A stretch of 63,685 nt of DNA, filler included, from Hyphochytrium catenoides (Eukaryota > Protista > Hyphochytriomycota), in the NCBI GenBank assembly GCA_900088475.1. It is 7 parts of 7 records of this genome, joined end to end, with 100 filler letters (N's around TTAATTAATTAA, not from the genome) between each part and the next. Parts side by side here need not be neighbours in the genome. Positions count along the whole stretch, not along the records: positions 49,357 to 63,685 come from FLMG01004032.1; 6 more parts are not named here. One strand, written 5' to 3'. Within the stretch, counting starts at the first letter, position 1, and each line of letters opens with the position of its first letter. Shown here piece after piece: positions 49,389-62,734 of the stretch. A program made the translations under genes and the position numbers. The notes beneath the pieces are model-generated. The model had not been told where the DNA came from. It was given only the letters and a program-made list of their open reading frames with translations, and searched no databases.

Positions 49389-49968
49389 CGAAAGGTAACT
49401 TGCTCACCCCATCAGCAGCAGGAGGGGAATCGGTCACTGATCATCAATGGGACAGCATCAAGAAGTGTAGGCGGCGAATGATTGGGTAAATGATGGGTGC
49501 CCTACGCTATCAAGACACAGATATTTGCATTGATGGCGGCATAGGATGAGGATGGGGAAAATTCCCACTTGTGGAACCTATGTAGCCCTGGAGGGAGAGT
49601 ATTATTTTATCTGCCAAGCATTACGAAGTGTTGGGACTCTGGCCATCGCAATGAAGACCGTATTACTACTGTAGCGCTTAAGTGCTCATCGCCCAAACTG
49701 TCCAAAAATAGCCCTAATCTAGCTAACCCGGATAACTTAGGGGAGGAGCAGCTGGAGGAGCATTTTACCGGAAGCACAATAGACACAATCTGGGCCTCGG
49801 ACCCACCGGTTAACCAGGATTTCGAAGTTAACCTACTCCCGGAGGAGTTCTGTAGTCCATTCTGATCTTGGTTTTTCTGTTGGACGGAAAGATTCTCTCT
49901 CGCCTCCCTCTTCTCTGTCTCTGTCTCTGTCTCTCTCCCGTGCTCTTTGTTCGATCTTCCTCTCATGC

Positions 49969-50070
<102 letters not shown>

Positions 50071-50349
50071 TTCTTTCTTTCACGCGAGTGCGCTTCTTTA
50101 TCTCCTCTGCATGTCAGGCCGAGCTTCTACTTCTATAGAGTTATTAGATGTTGTCAGGAGCAGCTGCTAGTCGAAGGAGTCAGCTAGTTCCACGGATTGA
50201 TTGAAAAGCAGGATACCACGAGAGAGAGAAAGAGAGAGAGAGAGTCTCAGCGACAGCCTAGAAAGAGAAAGGGGCGTAGATGCAGAAGCAAGGTTAACGA
50301 ACTGAAAGGAGGCCGGAGCGAGCAGAAAACAGAGAGAGAGAGAGGAGGC

Positions 50350-51177
50350 ATGGCTGAGCCCAGTGTGACGCCGATGGCTGCGGGGCGGCAATGGATGTAC
50401 TTGGACGCTGAAGGGACCAAGAAAGGGCCCTTCCCGGAGCCAGTGCTCCTTCGTCTGCTGAAGAAGAACATTGTCTCCCACAACTTCTATGCGTGGACGC
50501 CGGTAAAGTTCACTCCCAGTCTTTCCTTTGTGCACTGATCCTCCCTTTCTATTGAGCTCCTAAGTCTTTCTTTAAACTTCCTCGCCTTTTCTCATTCTCT
50601 CTCTCTCTTTCTTTAAAGTTCTGAAGGGGCTTTCTCTTGTTGTTTGTCAACCTCTCTCCTCTCCCAAGTTGTTTCCTTCCTCTTTCACGTACAGGTGGCA
50701 GTTTGCGCTTTTGCTTTCGTCCTACGTTTCTGGGAGTCTCTCTCTTCTCCCTCTTATTGTTCTCTCTCGCTTGTCTCTCTTCTCTCTCTCTCTCTCTCTC
50801 CCGTCTCTCTTTCCCTGGCTCTCAGTCATGCTGCCTCTCGCTCACTCTGTCCCTCTCTCTCTCTTTCTCTCTGAGAAGTCTTCAGACATTTTGCCTAGAT
50901 CCACTACTATGCCACACCTTTCTGTCACTCTCCATCTCGTTCACACCTGTTTTCCCCGACTCACCCCTCCTTTATCTTCTGATTATAAAGTTTGTCCCTC
51001 CTAGAAAGCAAAAATCTTCTTCCTCCTTGACACTCTTCCCTTCCCGTTGGCTCTCTCTTTGAAGGGAATGACAGACTGGAAGCAATTTCTGGATGTGGAG
51101 CCATTCAAGGGAGAGATCGCACGTCTTAACACTGTATGGCTCTACATGCAGGATGACAAACAGCAGGTCCTTATTCC

Positions 51178-51208
<31 letters not shown>

Positions 51209-54200
51209 TCTCTCTCTCTCTCTGCCAGGTCCTCACAATGCATCCTTACCACTCAGCCAGTGGGCTCCTCTGTCTGTTTATATGATCTCCTGACTTAGGT
51301 CTCATTTCCCTCTTTGTTCACTGTCTGTCTCCCTCTGCCTGAGTTCCTCTCTCTTTGGTACCTCTCTCTTCTCTCTCTCTCTCTCCAAAGGGTACTCCTA
51401 TTCTTCATTGACCGTAACCTTTTCCAGGGACCTATCCCTACGGCGGGCCTGGTTAAGCTGTTTACAGAGGGAGAACTGGACGGCCTCTCTCTCGTCTGGA
51501 CCCAAGGGATGGGAGAGTGGAAACCTATTGGTAGATCTCTCTCTCCAACTGATCGTTCGTTGGTTGTCTCTTTTCCGTTCGTCCTGGACCGTGCACCTCT
51601 TTCCTTCTCTCACCTGTCTCTATTTTCTCACCATATCTCTCTTTCTTTCTTTCTCCCTGTCTCTCTCTCACATTTTCTCCCTCTCTCTCTTTCTCTCTGT
51701 CTCTCTCTCCCTCTCTTTCTCTCTCTCTCTCTCTCTACCTCCCTCCCCCTCCCCCTATGTTCCCCCAAATATTCCCGCTGTACTCGTTCCGTACCGGACC
51801 TGGGCATTATTGGGCCCGCCCTGCCACACTTCTGTTCTTGTGCGGCGTGGCAGCCCTTTCTTTCCCAGATCTGTAGTTGCACTCTCTCTCTCTTTTGCTA
51901 TTGCTCTCTCTGTCTCTCTGTGTGTGTCTCTCGTCTAACCTTCGCCATTTCTTTCTTCTTTCCGGTGGATGTTCTCAGCGGAGGTGGAGGTGCTGCGTGC
52001 TGAGCTGCAGGAGGCGAATCAAGAAGAAGAGAATGCAGAAGCTCTTCTTTCTGGCCAGGATAATAACATTAAAGAAGAAGATCAAGTCTTCCAACCAGAA
52101 AGGTAGGACTAGCAGAGGGATGTGAAGTGATGATTACATATTCGTCAATGCATATAAAGAGAGAGAGAGGAGAGAAGAGAGAGGGGAACGAGAGAGAGAA
52201 ATAGACGAATATATAGGGATATATGTAGTGAGAGAGATAAGTAGAGGAGGATTGGTAGAAAGAGTCAAAGAGAGACAGCTTTTCAAAAGGGGTTCTTAAG
52301 ATCAAACAGGATAGCTTGCCAAGGCCTGGCGTCACAAGGGATAAAGAAGCAGAACGAACGGCAGGGATAAAGAGAGGGGCGACTTAGGAAGGAAGAATAA
52401 GAAGAGAGAGAGAGAAAAGGAGAGAGACCAGGATGCTCAGTAAAAGACCTAGACCAACCTCGTCTCACATTCGACATTTTCTTTCAGTGAGCAGCCCCCT
52501 CTCTACTTCCCTCCCAAAGAGGAAGAAGAAGATGAAGACGAAGAAGAGAAAGAGAAGAAGAATAAGAAGGAAAAAGAGAAAAAAGAGAAAGAGAAGCATA
52601 AGGACAACGCAGGTGCAAACAAAATGCTGCCCAAGAAAGCAGAGGGAGAAGCCCCAAAGACAGACCACACTGCAGCGACCAAGGAGGACCAGAACAACAC
52701 CAAAAAGGAGGAGGAAGAGTTAGACGAGGAGACAAGAAAGAAAAGAGAAGCTGAGAAGGAAGAGAAAAAGAGAAAGAAAAAAGAGAGTAAGAAGCGGAAA
52801 AAGCAGCGATGGCAGGACCAAAAGAATGTACCGTGGATCTATGTGACTGGATTGCCAGAAGACATAAGAGAGAAAGAGATGCTGGATTTCTTCTCAAAGT
52901 GCGGAGTGATAGCGACGGATCTGACCACAGGAGAGCACAAAATCAAACTCTATAGAGACAAACAGACAAACATGGTCAAGGTAGAGCGATCCAGCAGTCT
53001 CTATTCTTGTCGTTGACCTCCGTCTCTCTTTCCCTCTCTATTTTCACACTCATATCCTCTGGTTCTCTCTCCACTCTCTCGCTAAGTCTTCTCTTCATTG
53101 CTCTTGAGCTTGGTCGTCAGTCCATTATCGCATATATCTTATCGTTCTTCAAGACCTCCTACTCCTTCTTTTTCTGTCACTTCTCTCCTCGCTCGTGGCT
53201 GCAGTTGAGCCTTTACCACTTCTTTCTGCGACTGTTTGCACATCCACATTTTCTTTGCTGCCGCTTCTCTCTCCTTGCGGGCTGATATTATAGGGCGACG
53301 CCTCTGTCTGTTATCTGCGCCCTGAGTCAGTGGAGCTCGCGGTACAGCTCCTCGATGGAATGGAGATACGGAAGGGGTACGTGGCATGGCAGAAATGATT
53401 TTACTTACTCTCTTCATCGTCCTCCTGCTCTCTCTCTCTCTACCTCTCTCTCTCTCTACCTCTCTCTCTATACCCCCTCTCTCCCTTTCTTCCGATAGTT
53501 CTATGTCTTTTGTCACAATGAAGAGATCTTCCCATTATCTCTTCTTCAGCATCTGATCTGTGTCATCTTCTCTCAACGTCTGACCAGCCTCCGTATCACT
53601 CTCTCTCTCTCCTTCCACCACTCTCTCTCTCCTCTCCGTCGCTTTCTTGTCTCGCTCACTTGTCATTACATTTAGCTTCACGCTCCGAGTCTCGCAGGCG
53701 CAGTTTGAGGCCAAAGGAGCGGCTCCGTTGCCTAAGAAAGCCAAGCCGCAGCTTACCACTGCGCAGAAGATCAAGCTGAGGGAACAACGAAAGGTTGAAA
53801 AGATGCCCTCGCTTCCTTGCACTTCTTCCAACGACACGCTTCCTCTGTTTTTCTCTCGCTACCTGTCCTTTTTTATCTTTCTCTGACTCTTGGTCTACTG
53901 ACTCTCTCTCTTTCCTTGGATGTCTATCCTATGTCCCCCGCCTTCTTCCTTTCTTGCGAACGTCTGGACTGCTAGCATCTTCTCCCCAATGTCTTCCTTA
54001 CTGCCAAGAGAAGGAACTCTAAGATCGGTAGTCTAAAGCTTTGACGACCTCTTTCTTGCGTTGCTCCTGCCTATTACTCTCTTTCTCTCTCACTCTCTCT
54101 CTCTGTCTCTCTCCCCCTGCCTCTGGCTTCCCTACTATGCTTGATTTAGGCTCTTTCCTGGGCGGACGAGGTGGATGAGAAAGAAGGGTTCCGGATCATT

Positions 54201-55608
54201 GTGCTAAAGAATGTATTCTCTCCCAAAGATTTCGAAGGTTGGACAACTTCCATCTTTCTTCCGAATCTCTCCCCTTCTATCTCTCTCTCTCTCTGTGTGT
54301 CCCTTCCACCCCTTCCGCGTCTCAGACTTCTGTGGTCACCCTGTCTCTATATCTCTTCTTTCAGCTCTATTGTCCTCTGCTATGTCGTCACTCTCACTTT
54401 ATCCTCCCTACACCTTGTAAAAAAGCTTCGTGAGATTTTCTCCCATCCAGTCTATCATTTGCTACGCTTGTCTTATCTCTCTCTCTCTGTGTCTCTCTTT
54501 CTGTCTGCAGACCCCAACTTTGCCAAGGAATTGGAGGAGGACATGGTAGAAGAGTGCAGCAAGTCAGGAGATGTTCAAAAGGTTACCCTCTTCCTCATAA
54601 CTGCTAAGCAATCCTCTACTCTACTCGACTCAATCTCTCTGTCTCTCTCTCCTCTCCCTCTCATTTCTTGCTCTCTCTCTATAGGAAGTACTGTCATGTT
54701 TGCTCCGTGAAACAGAACGACTTTCTCTCTCTCTCATCGCTCCTGTTCACCTTACCCTGACTCCTCCCTATCTCGTCTCACCTGACCTTCAAAGATGTCT
54801 TTACTCTCCTTTCTCTTGCCTTTGAGCTCTCTACCATTTTCTGTCTGCAAGTGCTAACTTTTTGCCTGGTTCATCTACTGACGTTTCCACTTGTTCCGTC
54901 TTTCTCTCTCTTACCCTCTGTCATGACTCTCTCTCTCCTCTTGTTTCTCTCTCCCTCTTTCGCGGTCCCTTTCAATCATTCGTTTACTTTTATGGAAGAT
55001 CACGGTCTTTGAGAAGAATCCCCAAGGAGTTATCATCGTAAAGTTTGCCACGGCTGCAGGCGCTGAAGACTGTGTTGAGAGACTGAAAGGAAGATTTTAT
55101 GCCGGGAGGACGCTCCACGCCGAGTTCTGGGACGGAACAGATTACTCTATCAAGGAGACTGAAGAGGTAGGCAAAGCTGTTGGCTAGAGAGAGAGAGAGA
55201 GCAAGAGAGAGAGAGAGACAGATAGACCCGGCAAGATGAGATGGAGAAGGACGAGAAAGAGAGAGAAGACAGAGCGAGAGGAAGAGCGACCGCTGTGGGT
55301 GACTGACAAACGTTACTCTTCTCAATCAAGTTGGGGTTGAGAGAGAGAGAGATACATGAGACAGGGGTTGAACTACCCAGAGAGAGAAAGAAGGTGTCTG
55401 ATGTGTCCCCTCGCTGGGGAGAGATCAAGAGGACGCTTTCTAAGCTTTTTATTATCTTTGATAGGACCAGCAGAAGCGTCTCGACTCCTTCGGCGCATGG
55501 CTTGAGAACCAGCAATCCTCAGCGGAGGAGGAAGAAGAAGAGGAGGAAGAGGAAGACCTGCCACCAGAGGAAGAACACGCCGGGAGAGCTCTCCCCACAG
55601 AGTGGTAG
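50350..55608 (+). CDS. HTATSF1: Tat-SF1/CUS2 U2 snRNP-associated splicing factor with two N-terminal GYF_2 (DUF4339)-like domains, RRM and UHM
   Basis: WMYLDAEGTKKGPF...YAWTP-GMTDWK; WLYMQDDKQQ-GPI...LVWTQGMGEWKPI; RRM WIYVTGLPEDI...FSKCGVIATDLTTGEHKIKLYRDK...GDASVCYLRPESVELAVQLLDG...VSQAQFE; UHM IIVLKNVFSP...NPQGVIIVKF...GRFYAGR...FWDG; tail KRLDSFGAWLE; stop at 55606-55608. Confidence 0.93.
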
Positions 55609-55812
55609 TTAAACAAAGCAGCAGAGACGGAGAAAGAGAGCGAGAGAGAGAGAAGACCACTCCACGCTGTGGTCCACGGCGACCTCCTCTTTCACCTAAT
55701 CTCGCGCCTCTAGTTGCGTGCCAAGTCCTCTCCTCAGTCAGAAAAGCAGTGGATTAGCAAATAGAATGAGCGAACGACAAAGAGAGAGAAAGAGACAACC
55801 CTGTGCTCGGCG

Positions 55813-57477
55813 TCAGGCTTCCTCACAACTCAGTGTCTGCTCCAAAAGAAGCTTGTCTCCTGGGCCAACCGATAGAGAAGAAGAGACAATTCCTAGGAGG
55901 AAATAAGGAAGGACGGCAATAGCAGGCGACAGAAACAGCGAAATGGTGAGTAAATTGTCAAGATTTTTGGCAAAGAGACGGAGAGAAGACGAGATTAAAA
56001 AAGAAAGAGTGAAAGACGGCCTTACGGACCAAGAGAAAGAGTGCAATAAAGGTCTCTGAGAGAGGCGAGTCAACTGAGCTGCTAACATCCTTCTTCTCTT
56101 CTGGTTCTTGCCCTCTTCCTTTAGGGACCCCTTTGTCTCTTGACCTGCTTCGCCTCTCCTTTTGTTTATCAAATGACTTCGAAAGATGAGCCAACCCGCG
56201 TCGTATTCCCTTTTGTCTCTCTCTATCCTCTGTCCACCTTTGTCTGGTAGACCTCCCAAACCCTCCTTTCTCTCTCTCTCTCTCTGCCCCCGCCCCCCTC
56301 CCTCTCTTTCTCTCTCTCTCTTCTCTCTCTCTTTCTCTCTCTCTCTCACACACACACTCTCTCTTTCTCGGCGCCCCCTCTGTCTTTTCTTTCTTTTCCT
56401 TTTGAGTCTGTGCTTCGCCTCTACCTACCGGGCTCTACGCAGATAAACTTGCTATAGTCTTCCTCCCCGAGGTCTGCCATTTTTTCATGTGCGCCTTCCC
56501 AAGGATTCCATACGACGCAGTCACTAGCCACATATCCCCTTGGCCTACTTGGGGAGACCAACGCTGGAAGAGAGAGAGAGAGAAAATTGATTAAGTCGAG
56601 AGAAAGAGTGTTGACGTCAGCAGAAGGGAGGGAGAGAATGAGACTGGAGATAGCCGGAGAGAGAGGGAGAGAGATAATAACGGAAGAGATACTCCCACCG
56701 AAAGAAAAGTAGGGAGAAAATAAGTCCCAATAGATGAGGTTCGCTAGACGGGAGCAGTCAGCAGCAATAGACAGAATACCTATTCATATGAGTCGGTTCA
56801 CACACAGGAGAGAGAGAGAAGAAGGAAGAGAGAGAGAGAGAGAGAGATTGCTTAAGAGAGAGAGACTGCTCTTACAAGCGGCTTTCGTCAAGTGAATGAC
56901 TGCGTTCCCAGTCTGCACTTTGATAGCGTCAGGGCTGTGGATGTAGACGCGATCGGTGGGGCTGTTGATTGACACAAACTCTGCCTTTTCCTCCTTCTTC
57001 TCTCCTCCAGCCATCTGTTAGAGAAAGGTGGGACCAAAGTCGAAGAGAAAGAGAACGGAGAGAAAAAAGCACAAAGTAGTGAGAGAGACAGACAGGAATA
57101 GAGAGAGAGAGAGAGAGATTAAAGGGGCGGAGAGAGTGTGTGTGAGAGAGCAACCCGGAAGAAAGTGAGACGCGAGGAAGGAGAGAAAGAGGAAATACCA
57201 GAGCGGAGTAGGAGGGAAAGAGAGAGAGAGAAGGGGGAAAGTAAGAGAGAGATCAAGGCACCTTGTCTACATAGCTAAGGCCCTTCAACCCTTGTACTCT
57301 GGCCTCTCTGATGTTGTCAATGGCGAGGTAGGTGTGCTGCAGCATCTGACAATCGAACGGCGTCCAGCCCGTGTTCTCAGCGCTTAGAACAGTGTGAAGC
57401 CGGTCCTCTGCAGTGTAGGGCAGGAGAGGCCAAAGAAGGACGGTGTCGTCAAGAGTGAGGGGACAAAGAGAGCGGGG

Positions 57478-57552
<75 letters not shown>

Positions 57553-57641
57553 AGACGGACGGAATGGAGAAGAGTAGCAAGACAGAAAACCTGCTACAAA
57601 AGGAACCGGGAAGAGGTGGGCATCGCTACCACTCTTATCTC

Positions 57642-57679
<38 letters not shown>

Positions 57680-58254
57680 TACTCTTTGTGCCATTCCCAT
57701 TCACTTTTTCGCTTACCCTCAAGGCGGACAGTGAGCCGCAAGGTGAAGACGTGCGGCCAAACTTTTAGAGTAGCCTCAGAGCTTCGCAGGACTAAGGTCG
57801 CGACAGCTCCTGAAGNNNNNNNNNNNNNNNNNNNNNNNNNNNNNNNNNNNNNNNNNNNNNNNNNNNNNNNNNNNNNNNNNNNNNNNNNNNNNNNNNNNNN
57901 NNNNNNNNNGAATGTTTGTGTTAAGGGAGGCACAGAGGGAGATAGAGGGAGAGACAGAACGAAGACCAGTGACTGACAAAAAGGAAATGGTTGAGAGAGG
58001 ATGGGCAAAAGAGACCAGAAAAGAAAGTGAAATAGGCACAAGCAAGATTATTTAGCCAGCAGGGAGAGAGACATAGAAAGAGAAGAGAGCAGTGAACAGA
58101 GAGGAGGGAAAAGGCGGAAGGAGGGGCGGAAGGAGGGATGGAATCCAAGCAGAATGAAAACAGTGTGAGGCAAGTACGAAAGGTACAACGAGATAGCCAG
58201 AAAGAGGAAGTGAGCCACAGAAAGATGGATTACAAAGAGAGGACGGGAAAGACA

Positions 58255-58297
<43 letters not shown>

Positions 58298-58603
58298 GAT
58301 GCCACACATGCTGTTTCTTGCAAACCCATGCTGAGGAAGAGGGCCAGGTCCAAACTGGGGGAAGACAAGAGGAATTCCTCCTCTAATGGCCTTCTTTCCA
58401 TCGAGGATTGCCTTGCTGGAGACGCGGAGGATCTCTCTCCCCTTTTTCGTCGTGAACGAGAGGAGAGTGGCCCCGAAGAGAGAGAGAGAAGCGCAGGCGC
58501 CGCTGGGATGAGAAAGAGAGAGGAGCGCGAGGCCGCTGGAGTGAATGAGTGAGTTGACCTCCGGCTCAGAAGGGAGTCGTCTGCCTGAACCGTGTGGGTC
58601 CAT
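55813..58603 (-). CDS. Glucose-6-phosphate 1-epimerase (aldose 1-epimerase family)
   Basis: LFGATLLSF...KAIRGGIPLVFPQFGPGPLPQHGFARN; VWPHVF; LQHTYL...VQGLKGLSYVDK; TDRVY; DCVVWNPW...MADLGEEDYSKFICVEPG; stop at 55813. Confidence 0.92.
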
Positions 58604-58776
58604 TATCGTTTCTCGTTTTCTCTCTCTCTCTTCTCTTGCTCCCGCCCTGTCAGTAGTAGGCGGAATGTTGCAGAATGATGAGAACCCTGGACTATAGTTC
58701 CTGCCCTTCTCCTGCCAAAACTCAGCGTGCCCACTACAATCTCCCTCTAGTGTTTCTCTCTCTCTCACTCTGATAT

Positions 58777-58807
<31 letters not shown>

Positions 58808-59162
58808 GGTATTCTCTCTCTCTCTCTCTCTCNNNNNNNNNNNNNNNNNNNNNNNNNNNNNNNNAGAGAGAGAGAGAGAGAGAGACAGGAGCAATGAGAC
58901 AGAGTGAGGGTAAGAAAGGGGAGCAAAAGGGAGAGAGAGAGAGCCAGAGAAAATCGGATCCTTCCCGTTAACGGCTCTACATCAGAATCTTTTCCCAATG
59001 GCCGTTACTCATACATTACTGCATCTGAAATGTAAAGTGCATGAATTTAACTTAGACGCCACGAGAATAGTGCTTCAGGTATAGAGGGATACAGGACTGC
59101 GTCACGAAAATTAGATACACTGGCCTAAAGTAAGTACATGGCAAAAGCGTAAGGCCGACATC

Positions 59163-59204
<42 letters not shown>

Positions 59205-59585
59205 AGAGAGAGAGAGACAGAGAGAGAGATAGATAGAGAGAGAAAGAATGAAAGAGAGAGAGAGAGAGAAAAAGAGAGAGAAAAAGAGAGAGAGAGAGCC
59301 ACGGACAACGAGAGAGAAGAGATACATTCTCCACTGGAGGTGAGACGGAAAGGAGAAAGACTCATTGACGGAGGACCGTTGAAGACGAAGCTCTAAAGTG
59401 GCTGGGCATATAAATTACTTTTCCAAGGAGGAAGCATTTTGGGTGCTTAGCATTCAGAAGTCGAAGATAGAGGCAGAGAGAGGCAAAGAGATTTAGAGAG
59501 AGAGAGAAAGCGAGAGCGAGCGAGCGAAAGAGAGAGTGAGTGAGAGAGAAAGAGAGAGATAAATAAGGAACCCTTCAAGGTCTGT

Positions 59586-59882
59586 CTATGAGAGAGCAAG
59601 CTCATAGTCAACCATGGTAAAGCTGTCAGTTCCCTTGCCTAGCTCCCTTCTTTCTCTCTCTCGGTATCCTCTTCTCTTGTACAGTCTGACCGCACTCTCC
59701 ATAGCACTCAAAGTACTGAGGACAATCCGCTTGTACCCAAAAAGAGAAGAGAACTCTTCCATTGTCCGACAGAGAAATTCACCGATGCCTTGCCCTTGGA
59801 AGCGAGGAGAGACAGCCATTCGACAGAGCTCTACCTCTTCTCCATCTAACCTCTCTCTTGCCGCTATACAGCCTTGTCGTTC

Positions 59883-59915
<33 letters not shown>

Positions 59916-60247
59916 AGTAAAGATTTTAAGAAAACCTTGAAAGAGCACCAAAAGTGATCCGCAAGGGATGATATAAGGTGAGTCGTGAAGGAGGATAAGC
60001 CAACAAAGCGGAGAATGAGAGAAAGAGATGTGCGATTCCAAGGTATATTGGGAGGTTCGGAAAAAGGAGCACAGCAGACCAGATGGGAAGAGAGAGAAGA
60101 GAGAGAGAGACAGAGAAAGGGGAGGAGGCAGAGGAAGAGAGAGACCGAATATTGAAGGGAGCTAAGCGGGAAAAAGAGAGATAAAGGAAGAGCCCATAAG
60201 GGAAAAGGATCGAGAAAGAGAGAGAGAGAGGGGGAGAGAGAGAGAGG

Positions 60248-60284
<37 letters not shown>

Positions 60285-62692
60285 GCGAGGACACTTGAAG
60301 GACAGCAAGTGTGAAAGGGCAAAGTTGGAGCCCATAACGGAAGGAGGCCGAATAAAGAGGGGACAAGAGTCTATCACCTATCACTTCTCCATCCAGCTCA
60401 AGCACCCAGAAGCAGCTCCCTCTCTTCCCCAAGTAGAGCCTAAATGTCACGGAGAGACAATGAGGAAAAGATGGTTAGCCAGAGGATGGCTTCTGGATGG
60501 AAAANNNNNNNNNNNNNNNNNNNNNNNGTACAAAGCAGAGTAGAGAGAGAAAATGAGACTGAGCTAGGAGAAAAGAGTTGCCTCCACGCCGACGGAACAA
60601 AGAGAAAGAGTGTGGTCGAATGGTAGATCAAGTAACAGGCGCAGGTGAGAGAAGCTGGGCGCAGGTGAAAGTGAGAGAGAGAGACCACTGGGAGAAGAGG
60701 AAGAAAAGAGAGATAGACAGCTCTCACTCTTCTATTCTGGAGAGTTCTTTCTTGATGATCGTCTTCACGAACTTCTCTATATATCTTGGCAAGAATGCCT
60801 CATGCGCGGAGCGATAGAGAGACATGACTCTCTCTTTATCCGACGTTATGTAGGGACGGAGAACAGCTTCCCTTGCTATCTCTTTCGTCTCGTCTCCCTC
60901 ATCTCTCCTGTCTTCTCTCACTGCAAAAGTGCAGGCCCTGGGGAAGAAGAAGGAAGAGGCCACGTTCTCTCCTCTCTCAGCTTCCCGAAGCTTGTTCATC
61001 ATACTTCTTTGCAGCCTTTGAAGAGGAACCGTTTTCATAGTCTCTCTTGACTCCTTTTCTCTCCTTTCCTTCAGTTCGCCCAGCTTAAAGCCACCTACCA
61101 GGGCGTAGTGCTGATGGAACAGGAGAAGGTCCGCGTGCTCATCAAAGAGCTCCAGCTTTGCTATTCTGTCGGACAAAGAGAAAGAGACACAGGAGAAGAG
61201 AGGTTTCCGAAAGAGACACAAGAGAAGAGAGGTTTGCGCGAAAAGAGAGAGAGAGAGAGAGAGATTTTAGCTGTCAGGCTAAGAGAGATGTTTAGACTTC
61301 AGCATGGAGTCCGATCATCAAAAGAAAGAGCAGATGGGTAAGCAAAGAGTCTCGCTTAGGAGTCGAGAGAGAGAGACAGTGAGAGAGTGAGAACAGGACT
61401 TCTTATACCTCTCTCTCTCTCCTCTCCCTCCATACGCTCGATGCCAGCCGTTCATATCCATAGCAAACTCCTGCTCCCATCCTCTCTCTTGGAACCTCCT
61501 TCTCAAGCTCTTCAGGTCGCCATAGACAGAGGAAGAGAGAAGCGCAATCTCTTTTCCTCTCTCTTCAAAATAGCGGAGTAGATGGTTGCCATAGAGCGTA
61601 GAGAAATTGGTAGGTTCATACGCGAGGAAGACAGAGGAAGAGAAGGTGGATGATGCCCATTCCAAGAGTGAGTCCCCATCTTCCGGACTCATATAAGCCT
61701 AAAGAGAGGCAAGGATCGAGAAAGAGAGTAAGAGAGAGAGCGAAAACGTGGAGGGGAGAGAGGGAATGAGGGACAGAAAGAAGAGAGGTCAGCAAGACGG
61801 TGTGTGTGTAAGACACAGAGAGAGAGAAAGAGAGGGAGAGAGAGATGAGAGTGGCGACAAGCAGCAGGATGTGATAATTGCAGTGCCGAAGCCAGTGAGA
61901 GGAAAGAGAAAGACAGAGAAGTGCCGGGACCCGGGCATAAATCAATACAACCCCACGGCAGAGAGGAGGAAAGTGAAGAGTCAAAAAAATAGAGAGAGAG
62001 AAAGAGAGAGTGAGAAGACACATATCCAGAGAAGAAGTGGGGCGTAGACACGAAAGGAGAAGGAAAGTCATGTGTGGAGAAGGATTGCCATGCAACAAGA
62101 CTATGGGTTTCCCATACCAGGACACATTCGGCAAGGAAAAAGGTGGGGAGAGAAGGGTCCACCCGCAGCTCTTTCAGCAGCTTCTCTCCTAGACTCGAGA
62201 CCTCAGAGAGGTCACATCCCACCAGTTCGTAGGTGGAAGAAAGAGACAGAGGCGAGAGAGAAGATACATCTTTCTCTCCTAGAAAGCGTCCAAGCTCTGG
62301 AGTCTCCTTTATAATCTTCGCCTTCTCTGCTACGACACTGGGATAGTCCACCTCGATATACCGACAGCTTCTTCTCTCTCTCTCCCTCCCATTGGCCGCA
62401 TCCTCCGGACCCTGCCTCTTTCCTTTAATTTCTTCATTTTCTTGGACTCTTTCTCTCTCTGGCCAGTCTTCTCTCGCTGTTACCTTGGTTTCTCCTATGA
62501 TGCCATCTCTCTTGAGGCGGAAGAAAGAGGTATCATAGCCCGCTCCCAAGGAGATGACCTGGCAGTCTTCCCCTTGACTGTTGCACTCCAGGAGAAAGTT
62601 AGAGAGCAGCTGCTGGATGATGAAACACCGGCAATAGTAGCCGCGATTTACCTGGTAGAGAGAAGAGAACAACGCCAGGATAAGAAGAGAGA

Positions 62693-62734
<42 letters not shown>

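Noticed and set aside
49400-49870. Complex-sequence island upstream of Tat-SF1 as a gene
   Set aside because: Some splice-like signals on the minus strand, but no consistent reading frame or motif could be assembled.
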